Source: Octopus sinensis (lineage: Eukaryota). From it: 64,000 bases of DNA. This document shows positions 12,147 through 23,920 of the stretch, one piece after another (the first letter of the stretch is position 1; every line of letters starts with the position of its first letter). A program made the position numbers and the translations under genes. A model generated the notes under the pieces. That model saw only the letters and a list, made by a program, of their open reading frames with translations. It ran no database searches and was not told the origin of the DNA. The stretch lies in the NCBI RefSeq assembly GCF_006345805.1, contig NC_043015.1:46438001-46502000 (forward strand). The letters are read 5' to 3'.

Positions 12147-12546
12147 TTTCGAAACGGCAGTTTTTTCTAGCGGTGTCATATGAAATTGTCACCCATAATT
12201 ATGACCCTAGTATCGATCTATTGCATTTCAATCTATTTTAGGGTTAGGGGTGGGGGGTAGGGTATCTTTTTTTTCTTCAGAAATTTAAATAAACCCAATC
12301 TGTTTCTTAAACGAGGGATATATTCATACGGCACAGAATGTTTTCACCTCAATAGACGGTCATTGATTGGTTGAAATTGCCGAAATGCAAGAAATTAAAG
12401 ACCTAATATCTTACAAACTATAGAATTTTCTCAATAAAGCCAAGAGAAAAAGATGTTTTATAAACACATTCTACCAGTATACGAAGTTTTAAATTTTTTA
12501 GCTACCTAGAAATTATGTTAAAAACTGCCGTTCAAACCGAAAAGAT
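12147..12546. mobile_element. MITE family M copy 3 (left TIR truncated)
   Basis: Homologous interior and right TIR; about 320 bp upstream of the 11824 ATG. Confidence 0.85.
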
Positions 12547-12671
12547 TCGAGGATTGTTTTGGTTGAGGCTAAGTCGATAAAGTGAAAAAGAAAGAGTCGT
12601 TGGAATAGTCAGGACCCTCGCGAGCCTATATATTGGTTTGAGTGAAGTGCAAAGTATTATCTACCTTTCAC

Positions 12672-12732
<61 letters not shown>

Positions 12733-13089
12733 CATATATTAGGGAGTATAACTCCAAACTTACAGGGAAAAATTCAATTTAGTATTAAATCAAATTTCAC
12801 AATATATATATATATATAGAATATCAATTAGAGAAAAAAAACAACTATTATGCAATTCAAGCAATATACTTATATATTGATTATTCATTTTTATACTTTT
12901 TGTGATCAAGTTATATGTTTTACAAAAATATATTTATTTTTTATTTATGATTTGGTTTATGTCTATCATTGTTTGAATTGCATAATAATGGGTTTTTTTC
13001 TCTAATTTATATCATATATATATATATATATATATATATGGAAAAAAGTCAAGGTAGAAAATGCTAAAATAATTTTATAAAAAACATTT

Positions 13090-13125
13090 CAGTACCGGTT
13101 TCAGTCATTGAGACTTTTTTAACTG
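13090..13125 (-). ncRNA. Degenerate minimal hammerhead-like motif, U3:A8-type core
   Basis: Minus strand: CAG TTAAAAA AGTC tcaat GACT GAAA CCGG TA CTG. The G5 position is A in this copy, so it is predicted inactive. Confidence 0.35.
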
Positions 13126-13327
13126 TAAGTATGGAAAACAATTAAATTTTGGAAAAATTTGCAATTATTTGAAGAATATTTGCATAGTATTTAAATACAG
13201 GGGGGTATTTCCCTAGTTTCTGCCTGTCTCTATCTCTCGTTTACTCTTGTGGGTTCGAGGACGTTGTGAATTCTTGGCAGAGAAGAAGAAGAAGAAGAAG
13301 AAGAAGAAGAATGCGGGAGTGCCATGA

Positions 13328-13371
<44 letters not shown>

Positions 13372-13750
13372 ATAGTAGTAGTAGTAGTAGTAGTAGCTAT
13401 CACTGCCTCATAGACAGAAAAGGACCCAGATTAAGAGAGGAAATGTTTAAAAATTGAAATTGCTTTGGAAAAATAATTCATTCAGAATCATAATTTTCAT
13501 TGTATGATATACAGAAAAACTAACAGAAATGAAGGGGGCAAAAACTATAATCCATTGCCATTTTTCTTTCCCATGAAGTGGTAAAAGCTATTCCAGAATT
13601 CCGCCCCAGTGCTTGACTGGCGCTTTGTTTATCGACCCATAATGCATCATAGGTAAAGTTGACCGTAGCACGATTTGAACTCGCGAGTGGCTAAATGAAT
13701 GCCGCAAAACATTCTAGTCGACGCTCTTACCGACTGTCGACTTCCTACGT

Positions 13751-13886
13751 CTAAGATTCCTAAAGACACGCGTGATATATCATGACGGCGCCCCTACGAC
13801 CCTGCTAAGAGTTGAGGACCCTCAACTCTTAGCAGGGTCGTAGGGGCGCCGTCATGATATATCACGCGTGTCTTTAGGAATCTTAG
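13751..13886. repeat. Perfect 67-bp inverted repeat with 2-nt spacer
   Basis: 13751-13817 is the exact reverse complement of 13820-13886. Confidence 0.95.
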
Positions 13887-15367
13887 CTTGCTTGGTGAGG
13901 AGGTTGTTTATTGGACACCCTGCGGGATGAAAAACAAAACCCGTCAAAGGGCGGAGGAACTCTTGAGAGTCAACGGCCGTCCAATAAATGTCTTAAGGCT
14001 GTATCATGCGCGGGGACATAGAAATAATCGGACTGAATACCTGATCGCGCGGTTAAACCATTGGAGTGAAGGACTCCTAACCTTTTGTTAGGGCATCTTT
14101 CTAGGAGAAGGTAACTCAGGTAACTGGGATAACTCCGACATAAAAGCTGCGGCTCAGTGGTTACCGATGATGTTGACTTGTTCTTCTTTTCGGATTATGG
14201 CTGCTGTTGCTTAGAATTGACTCAGTGCACAGCCTATCCTCACTTAAAAAAAATCTTCTTGCACAGGCATTGCACGATAACAACATTGATTAAGCTTCGC
14301 GCAATGGCCATACTTGATAACGAGGGGGCAGCCACCATGTATGTATGTATGTATGTATGTATCTATGTATGTATCATGGGTAACATGTATGTATGTATGT
14401 ATGTATGTATGTATGTATCATGGGTAACATGCGGCCCGCCTCGCGAAGAACCATATCTCATGCGGGTCGCTTCTCGAAAAAAGTTGCGCGCGCGTAATTA
14501 TACCCGTCGCTAGCAATCCAGGATAATTTGGAAACAGAAACTACCATTGTTTCCTTTTATCCTATTATATGTACAAAGTTCGAAAGATTCATCCCTTAAA
14601 TTTATCCACTTTCAACAAGATTTATATTCATAGTCGTTCATCCAAAGTTACAAACAATGACCTGCCCTTCTGCACGAAATAAACCAGCGTATCTATTAAT
14701 TAATCCATAATAGGCGAATGAGTGGCTGTGTGGTAAGTAGCTTGCTTACCAACCACATGGTTCCGGGTTCAGTCCCACTGCATAGCACCTTGGGCAAGTG
14801 TCTTCTAATATAGCCTCGGGTCGACCAAAGCCTTGTGAGTGAATTTGGTAGACGGAAACCGAAAGAAGCCCATCGTATATATGTGTGTGTGTCTGTTTGT
14901 CCCCCCGATGCTGGTGTGTTTACGTCCCCGTAACCTAGCGGTTCGGCAATAAGTACTAGGCTTACAAAGAATAAGTCCGGGGTCGATTTGCTCGACTAAA
15001 GGCGGTGCTCCAGCAAGGTCACAGTCAAATGACTGAAACAGGTAAAAGAGTAAAAGTATAATACAATAAAGGGCAATCCTTCGGTATTGGTACACGACAT
15101 TATTCACCCACACAACTTTCTAGGCTGAAAAGAGAGAGTGAATGACGTCGTCCCGTCCCCTCATACTGACCCTCTGTAGGCCAATATTGAAGGATCGCCC
15201 AATAAGGGCTTACCAATAGGGGTTTGTTCTGTCACATCATCGCTGAACTTTCGATTGAAATTAAAATGAACGAGGCGTCCATATCAAAATAATAAGCAAA
15301 CTAAAGTTATTTTTCAATGAATAAAGACTATATTACATCGGAATAAAAGAAAATAACTAAACTATTT

Positions 15368-15801
15368 GGATCTTTTCGGTTTGAACGGCAGTTTTTTCTA
15401 GCGATGTCATATGAAATTGTCACCCATAATTATGACCCTAGTATCGATCTATTGCATTTCAATCTGTTTTAGGGTTAGTTAGGTTTAGGGTTAGGGTTAG
15501 GGGTGGGGGGAAGGGTATCTTTTTTCTTCAGAAATGTAAATAAACCCAATCTGTTTATTAAACGAGGGGACATATTCATACGGCACAGAATGTTTTCACC
15601 TCAATAGACGTCATTGATTGGTTAAAATTGCAGAAATTGAAGAAAAAAAACAACAAATATCATACAAACTGTAGAATTTTCTCAATAAAGCCAAGAGAAA
15701 AAGATGTTTTATAAACACATTATACCAGTATACGAAGTTTGAAAGTGTTTAGTTACGTGGAAATTATTTTAAAAAACTGCCGTTCAAAAGGAAAAGATGC
15801 C
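15368..15801. mobile_element. MITE family M copy 4
   Basis: TIRs at both ends; the longest internal (TTAGGG)-like run (about 15471-15505); flanked by agaaaataactaaactattt / agaaaataacaaaactattt. Confidence 0.85.
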
Positions 15802-15960
15802 AGAAAATAACAAAACTATTTTGTTCGAAAATTCGATACGAGATAAACGAGAAAATAGAGCAAAAAATAAATAAATCTATTGGAAAAACAGTAAAGTTTC
15901 ATAGTTAAACGAAAGCATTTTTTATTTTCTCGCAGTTCGATTGTTTATCTATTGTTTTGG

Positions 15961-16704
15961 TTACGCATCAGGTCTGGGATTTCGATTCATGCCGTGTTTG
16001 GCGGGTCTGATCACACACGATAAAATTTGATGGGGGCGAATTCTAAAATTACGAAAATGTTGCAGAGGTGGTTGAACTTTATTCGTTGCTGAAGCTGTTG
16101 CGATGAGCGGTGGTTTTGGAGTATTTGTATGTTTATCTAAATTCGAACTATTCTTATTATTTTTGGACGTGGAAAAGATATTCGGATACCAACTGTAAAC
16201 CATTTTAGCTAATAACACAAACAAAACGATACATAAAAAATCGAATGCCGGATCTGATCGGGAATCTTCATATTCCCGATTATTATTCTCAACGCTGTTA
16301 TTTATAGTGTATTCCAGACCACAAGAGTTGGCCAATACATAAGGATCATCAGAATAATCGAAGCCTTCGCAGGATATAGCGAGGTGTCCGAAACGGTATT
16401 TTTTATCCATGTTTGTTTTACAATCCCATAGGACATTGTTGCCATCCAAGCCTTTGTTGTAGCAATGGACTTGTTTTGGCACAAAAGCATAACAGCCAGC
16501 CGACCCTCCAATACATTTCAATTGAGGAACTGGTGTCAATCTTCTGGCAGTAGTCATTTGGTTTTGATACAAAGAAATAACCGTCACATCCTTCAGTAAT
16601 ATTCTTTCTCCTTCAGTTTTATGTAGAGATGTTAGTGATACGAAAGCAAACGCGAAAAAATATATAAATTCTGATCTTCTGGATGTTGAGAAGGATGTCA
16701 TCAT
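15961..16704 (-). CDS. SARAF: Intronless SARAF/TMEM66-like protein (store-operated calcium entry-associated regulatory factor), 247 aa
   Basis: Signal peptide, then ERILLKDVTVISLY...TTARRLTPVPQLKCIGGSAGC...CYNKGLDG..VLWDCKT.MD..YRFG...ISCEGFDYSDDPYVLANSCGLEY, which matches the SARAF luminal domain with six cysteines. One TM follows; the tail lacks the usual SARAF C-terminal motifs. AATAAA at 15921-15926 (minus). May be a paralog rather than the ortholog. Confidence 0.9.
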   Translation of the reverse strand: MMTSFSTSRRSEFIYFFAFAFVSLTSLHKTEGERILLKDVTVISLYQNQMTTARRLTPVPQLKCIGGSAGCYAFVPKQVHCYNKGLDGNNVLWDCKTNMDKKYRFGHLAISCEGFDYSDDPYVLANSCGLEYTINNSVENNNREYEDSRSDPAFDFLCIVLFVLLAKMVYSWYPNIFSTSKNNKNSSNLDKHTNTPKPPLIATASATNKVQPPLQHFRNFRIRPHQILSCVIRPAKHGMNRNPRPDA

Positions 16705-16931
16705 TTTGACTACAATATTTTCTGAAAGTCGCGTCGAAGACCAGGAGCAGATAACTACGTTGCTTAACAGTAGTAAAACTTCTTACAACTCAAATAATTC
16801 AATAATTGACGAGAGAAAGGAACTTCTATATGGTCGCTTCATCTGCTAGAAATAGAAGCTAAATCTCCTCCAAAATACACCCCACGTTTTCATTCTGTTT
16901 TTAAAGAAATATAACATTGAATAATGAAATG

Positions 16932-17372
16932 GGATCTTTTCGCTTTGACCGGCAGATTTTTAAAATAATTTCTTTGTAACTAAACACTTTTTAAACTTCG
17001 TATACTGGTAGAATGTGTTTATAAAACATCTTTTTCATAAAAGTTTAATAACGATAATCTTTTATTCATACGAACGTAACTGATATGAAATATGTCATAA
17101 ATAACAGTGGCAAATTCATATAACACCGCAAATAATTGTTGTTGACACACTACGGCAGAAATTGAATTCACCTCAATAGACGTCATTGATTGGTTGAAAT
17201 TGCCGAAATGCAAGAAATTAAACAACAAATAGCTTACAAACTACGGAATTTTCTCAAGAAAGCCAAGAGAAAAAGATGTTTTATAAACACATTCTACCAG
17301 TATACGAAGTTTAAAAGTGTTTAGTTACAAAGAAATTATTTTTAAAATCTGCCGGTCAAAGTGAAAAGATCC
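16932..17372. mobile_element. MITE family M copy 5, fold-back variant with ~104-bp terminal arms
   Basis: 16932-17035 is a near-exact reverse complement of 17270-17372; 8-bp TSD atgaaatg/atgaaacg. Confidence 0.85.
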
Positions 17373-18675
17373 ATGAAACGCTTAGATGTATGGGGGAAAA
17401 AACGGGACAGTCACCGCTGGAATGTCTGTGATCATAGGTATAATCAATCAGAGCTGATCTGAGGCTAAGACTAAACACCAGTTGATGGCGCATGATTAAA
17501 TTTTTTAAAATTCGCCTTGTAATCACAAGAGCACGGGTTTGGGATCTTGAGCAAGTGTTTTCTACCCAACAACTTCAGGATAGTGGCTGAAATTGAATAG
17601 ATTGAAACGGCGGAAGGTCTGAATTATAGGTGAAAATGAGTTCACAATGATAGTATCATTCAATAAGTAGGTACAGTGATTTTCTTGATCGAATTACTGA
17701 AGTACTTATCGAAGAAAGCGACCGTTGATCTGTTTCTATTTTAGGCACAAGGATTGGTTCTTTGAACATTTAAATCTTGAGAGATCAATGTGTCAAATAA
17801 GACGGAGCTTTCTTTTTTTGTTTACCGATTTCTTATCTAAGAAAGAAAAGATATGCATGTGTTAATCATCTACTCAAGTGTAGTACTGGCAGAATCCGTA
17901 CAGCGCTTCGCATTCTAATCCCCTTGCTGGTGAATTTACCATGCATCCTTCTGGGGCCGTGATTTCCGGTATGACTCCGGAGGAATGCAAGTAACCCGTT
18001 GATATATATATAAAGAATACAAAATGGGACAAGAACGCAAAACATCCGAACAGTTAGGTGATACAAAAATGGGACAACAAAACATCCAGATAGACGATAC
18101 AAAGAAAACAAGAACGGGTCATTCGAAGTTTTCTTTCTTCAGTCAAGTACCAGATTATCTTCGCAATTTCGGCTGATTATACTTGAAATTGCTCCAATAT
18201 GGCCAGCCCCAAGGAAAATCTAAGCTAAGAGTATTAGATTCCTTGGAAGAAAGCAGCGAATGTATACAAAAACAAGGACGGGAAAAAAACGGACAATGTT
18301 ACACAAATACAATAAAAATAATAACAGAACACACTAATATCACCATGTCGCGCACATATGGTTGTGATGCATGTGCCTGGTGTACCCTTATCAGACGGGT
18401 AGTCATGATGGGTATACTGGGCTTCGTATATTTTACCCCAGTGTCACTTTGATGGTATGCACTGCTTTCTCACTCAATGATAATAATAAATTCGTTTATT
18501 GGCCACAAGAGTTTACAAAAAATTACATTAAAACACATACAACATAAAGGGCTTCGGCAAAAGAGACCGATAGAATAAGTACGAGGCTTACAAAGAGTAA
18601 GTCCTGGGATTGATTTGCTCGACTAAAGGCGGTGCTCCAACATGGCCGCAGTCAATTGACTGAAACAAGTAAAAG

Positions 18676-18713
<38 letters not shown>

Positions 18714-18863
18714 ACGTTGTAAAACCCATTGTACCGACTTATTCTATCGGTCTGTTTTGCCGAACCGCTAAGTTACGGGGACATAAACACACCAGCATCG
18801 GTTGGCAAGCGATGTTGGGGGAACAAACACAGACATAAACATACACACACACACACACACACC

Positions 18864-18915
<52 letters not shown>

Positions 18916-19542
18916 CGATAGGCTTCTTTCAGTTTCCATCTACCAAATCCACTCACAAGGCTTTGGTCGGCCCAGGCTATAGTAGAAGACACTTGCCCAA
19001 GGTGCCACGCAGTGGGATTGAACCAGGAACCATGTAAGCTACTTACTCCTGCGCCTATAATAATAATAATAATAATAATAATAACTAATCGTTTCTAATG
19101 TGTAGGTTCAAGGCCAGGTATTTAGCGGGGGGTGGGGTTAGTCGTTTAAATCCATTCCAGTTCTTCACTGGAACTTTATTGTGTCAACCCCAGTGGGGGC
19201 GAAAACTAAGTCGGATCCTTTTGGATTCGAACTCACAAAGTAAAAGATCGCAACTAAATACCACGAAGTTTATTCTCTGACACTTTAACATTTCCCTCAC
19301 CCACCACACCAGAGTAAGTAATAACAATAATCAATGTAAACAAACCAAAGTGAAAACAAATAAAACGAAAATATAAAAAAACAACAATAATAATAAACAG
19401 CATCCGGGTCTTTGGTCGCTATGACGACACTTCGCTTTGTTTCTCGGATTCCCTCCCTCTCTCTCTCTCTCTCTCTCTCTTTTCAACTCTATCATTTATT
19501 TAATCCCTCTTCGTTGTTCTATTTCTCTCCCACCACTACTCT

Positions 19543-19596
<54 letters not shown>

Positions 19597-19743
19597 CTCT
19601 GTCTGTCTATATCTCTTTTTCTTATTGTATCTCTTTCTATCTTCTTTTCTAGTCTTGTTACCTTCAATCACATTGTCAGCCTCATTCATTCACACTTGGC
19701 AACCTTTCCTCTCTCTCTTTTTGTTTTCAGTTCACTCTATCAT

Positions 19744-19783
<40 letters not shown>

Positions 19784-22429
19784 TTTCCTCGCTATCTTTC
19801 TACTAAAGACAAAGGACGAGAAAGTAAAGAAGAGAATAAGTGGCACAATGAAAGTAAGAGAGAGAAAGTAAGCTTATAAAAACGTAACTAAGAAAGAAAG
19901 AAATCGAAAAGAGAAAGGGAAGAGGGGAAAAATAGTTATAAAAATAGAGACAGGTGAATAGTAAGAGAGAGAGAGAAAGAGAGGGGTCGATAGTGTGGGA
20001 GAGGAGAGAAAGAAAGAACAGAATAAGAGAGAAAGGAGAGAAAGAGTATACGTCTAGTGAAAAGTGAGAGAGAAGAGCGAGAGAAGGAGAGAATAGAAAG
20101 AATAAGAGAGAAAAAGAGAGTGTGTGTGCGTGTCTGCATTCGAATTTGATCTGACGATAAATCGAGTACGTGGATATTTTCTCCTGACATTCCACAGAAG
20201 ACCAACAAAGTGGTGTTGCTTGGACCAAAGTACATCGTGTCAACTGAAACAAAAACGGATGACGATGAAAAAAAAAGCATTCGTAAGTGAATCTGGTCTC
20301 TCAAAGAAATTATTAGTTGAAGGAGCATTTACCAACCAAGCACTACAGAATCGCTTCAAGGTAAAGAGAAAAAAAGTTCGTTTGTGGTTTAATCCCAGGT
20401 CAGTCCTGACCGAACTGGTCCTATGTATTATCAAAGGCGTCCCAGCTGTGACCATTACGTTTTTTTCTTTTTTTCTCACCCATCTCATCTCTTTCAAGCA
20501 CAGTATATCTTCCGTAAGACGCAGTTTTTCCCCAAAATAATTTCTCCAAAAAATCACCCTGGGTCTCCTATAAGTTGTTTCAAATATTTAGGACACTAAA
20601 ACTTTTCTCCCTGGATATGCACTGCTGAAATTCGGGTGCCTCCTTGCACGCTCGTATATCTTCTATACCATCAAATACAATAGTTATTAGCAGTGGTCCT
20701 CAGGCTGGGAAATAACAACCACCCCATCACAGAGATACACGATACCCTTTTCAAAAATATTAGATATCTGTCTCCATTAATTTTGGACGGAAGGAACATT
20801 GCCAATGGCAAATTACATTGACCTTAACTTGTACTTTACCTTAAGTACTTGTTGACCTCGGCGGAATTTGAACCCAGAACGTAAAGAACTGAATTCTGTC
20901 AATCTCCTATCAATGAGAAAACGGAATATCATTTTCGTTTTGTCGCCATAATGTTGGATAAATTCAAAAGCTTTAAAAGCATCTTAATTCTTTTTATCAA
21001 CGCAATTTTCCGCTCCTTATTCAATGCTCAGAGGATAAACTCCTGGTGAGTGGAGAGCATGGCCATGGCCCGCTCCTATGAGAAACTCTGGTCTGACCCC
21101 CAGGTTCCAGATTCGATCCAGGAGACTTATATTTGATCAACGGTGTCCCAGCCGTAACCATTTATTTCTTGCTTTCCTTTTTTCTTTTAGAGACCAAATA
21201 TATATCGGGCTACACATCCAGTATAACATTTTATTTATATATCTATCTATCTATCTGAGATGGTAGGCTTGTTGTCTAGTGACAGATTACCTCCTGTTCG
21301 AGCACGCCTTATGAATCGAGGACACCCCAGTCATGACCGTCCCGTTATTTTAGGGATGTGCAGAACTACGCTATCTATCCTTATTTAAGACAATATAGTG
21401 GGACTACAGGTAGATTTACCTGTTATTTCTAGCAGGATCAGTGACCACTTAAAGGCTTTGTGATAAACTTAGACGCTCAAGGTTTGACATATTTTAGAAT
21501 CTCAATTGTTTTCGTTGTAATATTTTCAACGATATTTTTGTTTTATTTTATTTTATTTTATTTTATTCCCCCCATATTAAGTTGAGTATCGATTGTAGTT
21601 TAACCCTTGTATAAACCCTATGATCAAGGACATTCCAGCTATGACCGTCCTGCTATTTTTTTCTGGACATAATATATATTTCTTTATTGCCCACAAGGGG
21701 CTAAACATAGAGAGGACAAACAAGGACAGACAAAGGGATTAAGTCGATTACATCGACCCCAGTGCGAAACTGGTACTTTTATTTATCGACCCCCGAAAGG
21801 ATGAAAGGCAAAGTCGACCTCGGCGGAATTTGAACTCAGAACGTAACGTGGACATAATATAATATGCCCAACTACATTGTCAAACAAGATGTATCTTTCC
21901 TTCTTTTAAAAACCGTAGAATGTAATATGAAGGTAGTATCATTGGCTGTTGTTTCTAGCGGGGTTAACTTGTTATAGGGGCACCCTCGTTGGCTTGAATA
22001 GTTGTTGACGGTTCTGACGATCAAGACAACGACCATGACCAACACGTCGACGACGATGATGATAACGATTATTGGTAAAGGTGTTTATAATAGCGATGGT
22101 GTCGACGATGTTGATGGGGAAACTTAAGTTGCTAATGGTGATAGTGATGATGATGATAATGATGATGGTGACGGAAGTTGTGTTTATAATGATGTAAGCT
22201 GTGATGATAAGTGTTGATGTTTGTTTTTGTTGTTCTTTTTTTATTTTGAATATAACTTTATACGCATATTGCGTCTGTGTGTATGTGTAAGATTAATCAC
22301 TTATGTATGTGTACGCATATACACAAATATTGCCGGCGAATATATGGCTATTGTGATTTCATTATTGTTTGCGCCACTATCTAATCAATCTATGTGTGTT
22401 TCTTTCTCTCTCTTCCTCTCTGTCTCTCT

Positions 22430-22434
22430 AGATG

Positions 22435-22514
<80 letters not shown>

Positions 22515-22573
22515 GACAGACATATAGATAGGTAGACAGATAGATAGATAGACAGACAGACAGATTGACAGGC

Positions 22574-22649
<76 letters not shown>

Positions 22650-22815
22650 GGACATATATAGATAGATAGACAGACAAACAGACAGACAGATAGATAGATA
22701 AACAGATAGATAAATAGATAGACAGATAGATAAATAGATATATAGACAGATAAATAGATAGATAGATAGACAGATAGATAAATAGACAGACAGACAGACA
22801 GACAGACAGATAGAC

Positions 22816-22853
<38 letters not shown>

Positions 22854-22875
22854 ACAGACAGACAGATAGATAGAT
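22430..22875. repeat. (TA)n followed by a long (TAGA/CAGA)n microsatellite
   Basis: Read directly; explains the YLSI-repeat ORFs. Confidence 0.95.
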
Positions 22876-23330
22876 TTGGGACGTTTTGTTGAAGTTTCTA
22901 TGACTCCATCTATACCTGTTTTCAAGAGTTAGTAACGAAATATCAGAGCTGAGCCACGACTTTGACAAAATGGTAACTAAGATAATAACAACAAACTCTT
23001 AAACGTAAACACACACACATATACATAGATTCGTAGACAAAGATAAAACAAATGGCTGTTCACAATAGCATGAAAGGCAAGCTTTATCACACATACACAA
23101 AAAAAAGCCACTTATAGGTCCCTCCTGTGTTTAAAGTTATATATGTGTATGTGTGCGTATGTATATATGTATGTTATGTATGTATATATGTTTATGTATG
23201 TATATGTATATGAGTATACGAATATATATGAGTACAAGGAAATGTATGTCTGTGTGTATATTTGTGAGTGTGTGTGTATAAATATGTATATGTATTATGT
23301 ATATATATCATTCATAAACATTTATATACC

Positions 23331-23920
23331 GTAGTTCTAGCCCCAGGAGGACACCTCCTCCAGCTTGCTATAGACACACTTTCTGTGCCCTATCAGTATT
23401 TGCAAAGGGAAGCCAGAAATACTGATAGGGCACAGAAAGTGTGTCTATAGCCAGCTGGAGGAGGTGTCCTCCTGGGGCTACAAACTACAGTAGCATCCAC
23501 CCTTAGGGGTTTAGCCATATTTAAATGGCAAATATACGTCGCGATGTGTTGTAGCTACTGTTTATAACTCTCTCTGAGATTTATTATTGCTCATTTATAT
23601 ACCAATATACATCAAAGTTTTCGATTTTCACTGAACACTGGTAAATACCGGAGAACTAGGATGCAAACATCCCTTAAAGGGTTAGGGTTAGGGTTGGCAT
23701 GATTATATATGCGTGTGTGTGTGTGTGTGTGTACATGTCTATGTATGTATATATAAATATATATATATATATACATCATGACGTATATTTGCCATTTGAA
23801 TATGGCTAAACCCCTAAAGGTGGATGCTACTGTGGTTTGTAGCCCCAGGAGGACACCTCCCCCAGCTGGCTTTAGACACACTTTCTGTACTCTACCAGTG
23901 TTTGCAAAGGGAAGCCATCC
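23331..23920. repeat. Three copies of one repeat segment in +/-/+ arrangement (nested inverted repeats)
   Basis: 23331-23401 pairs with 23417-23488 (15-nt loop); about 23417-23545 pairs with 23776-23905. The spacer contains gggttagggttagggtt. Confidence 0.85.

Noticed and set aside
18120-18200. CTGAAGA and GAAA on the minus strand suggesting a type II hammerhead
   Set aside because: Stems I and II do not pair convincingly.
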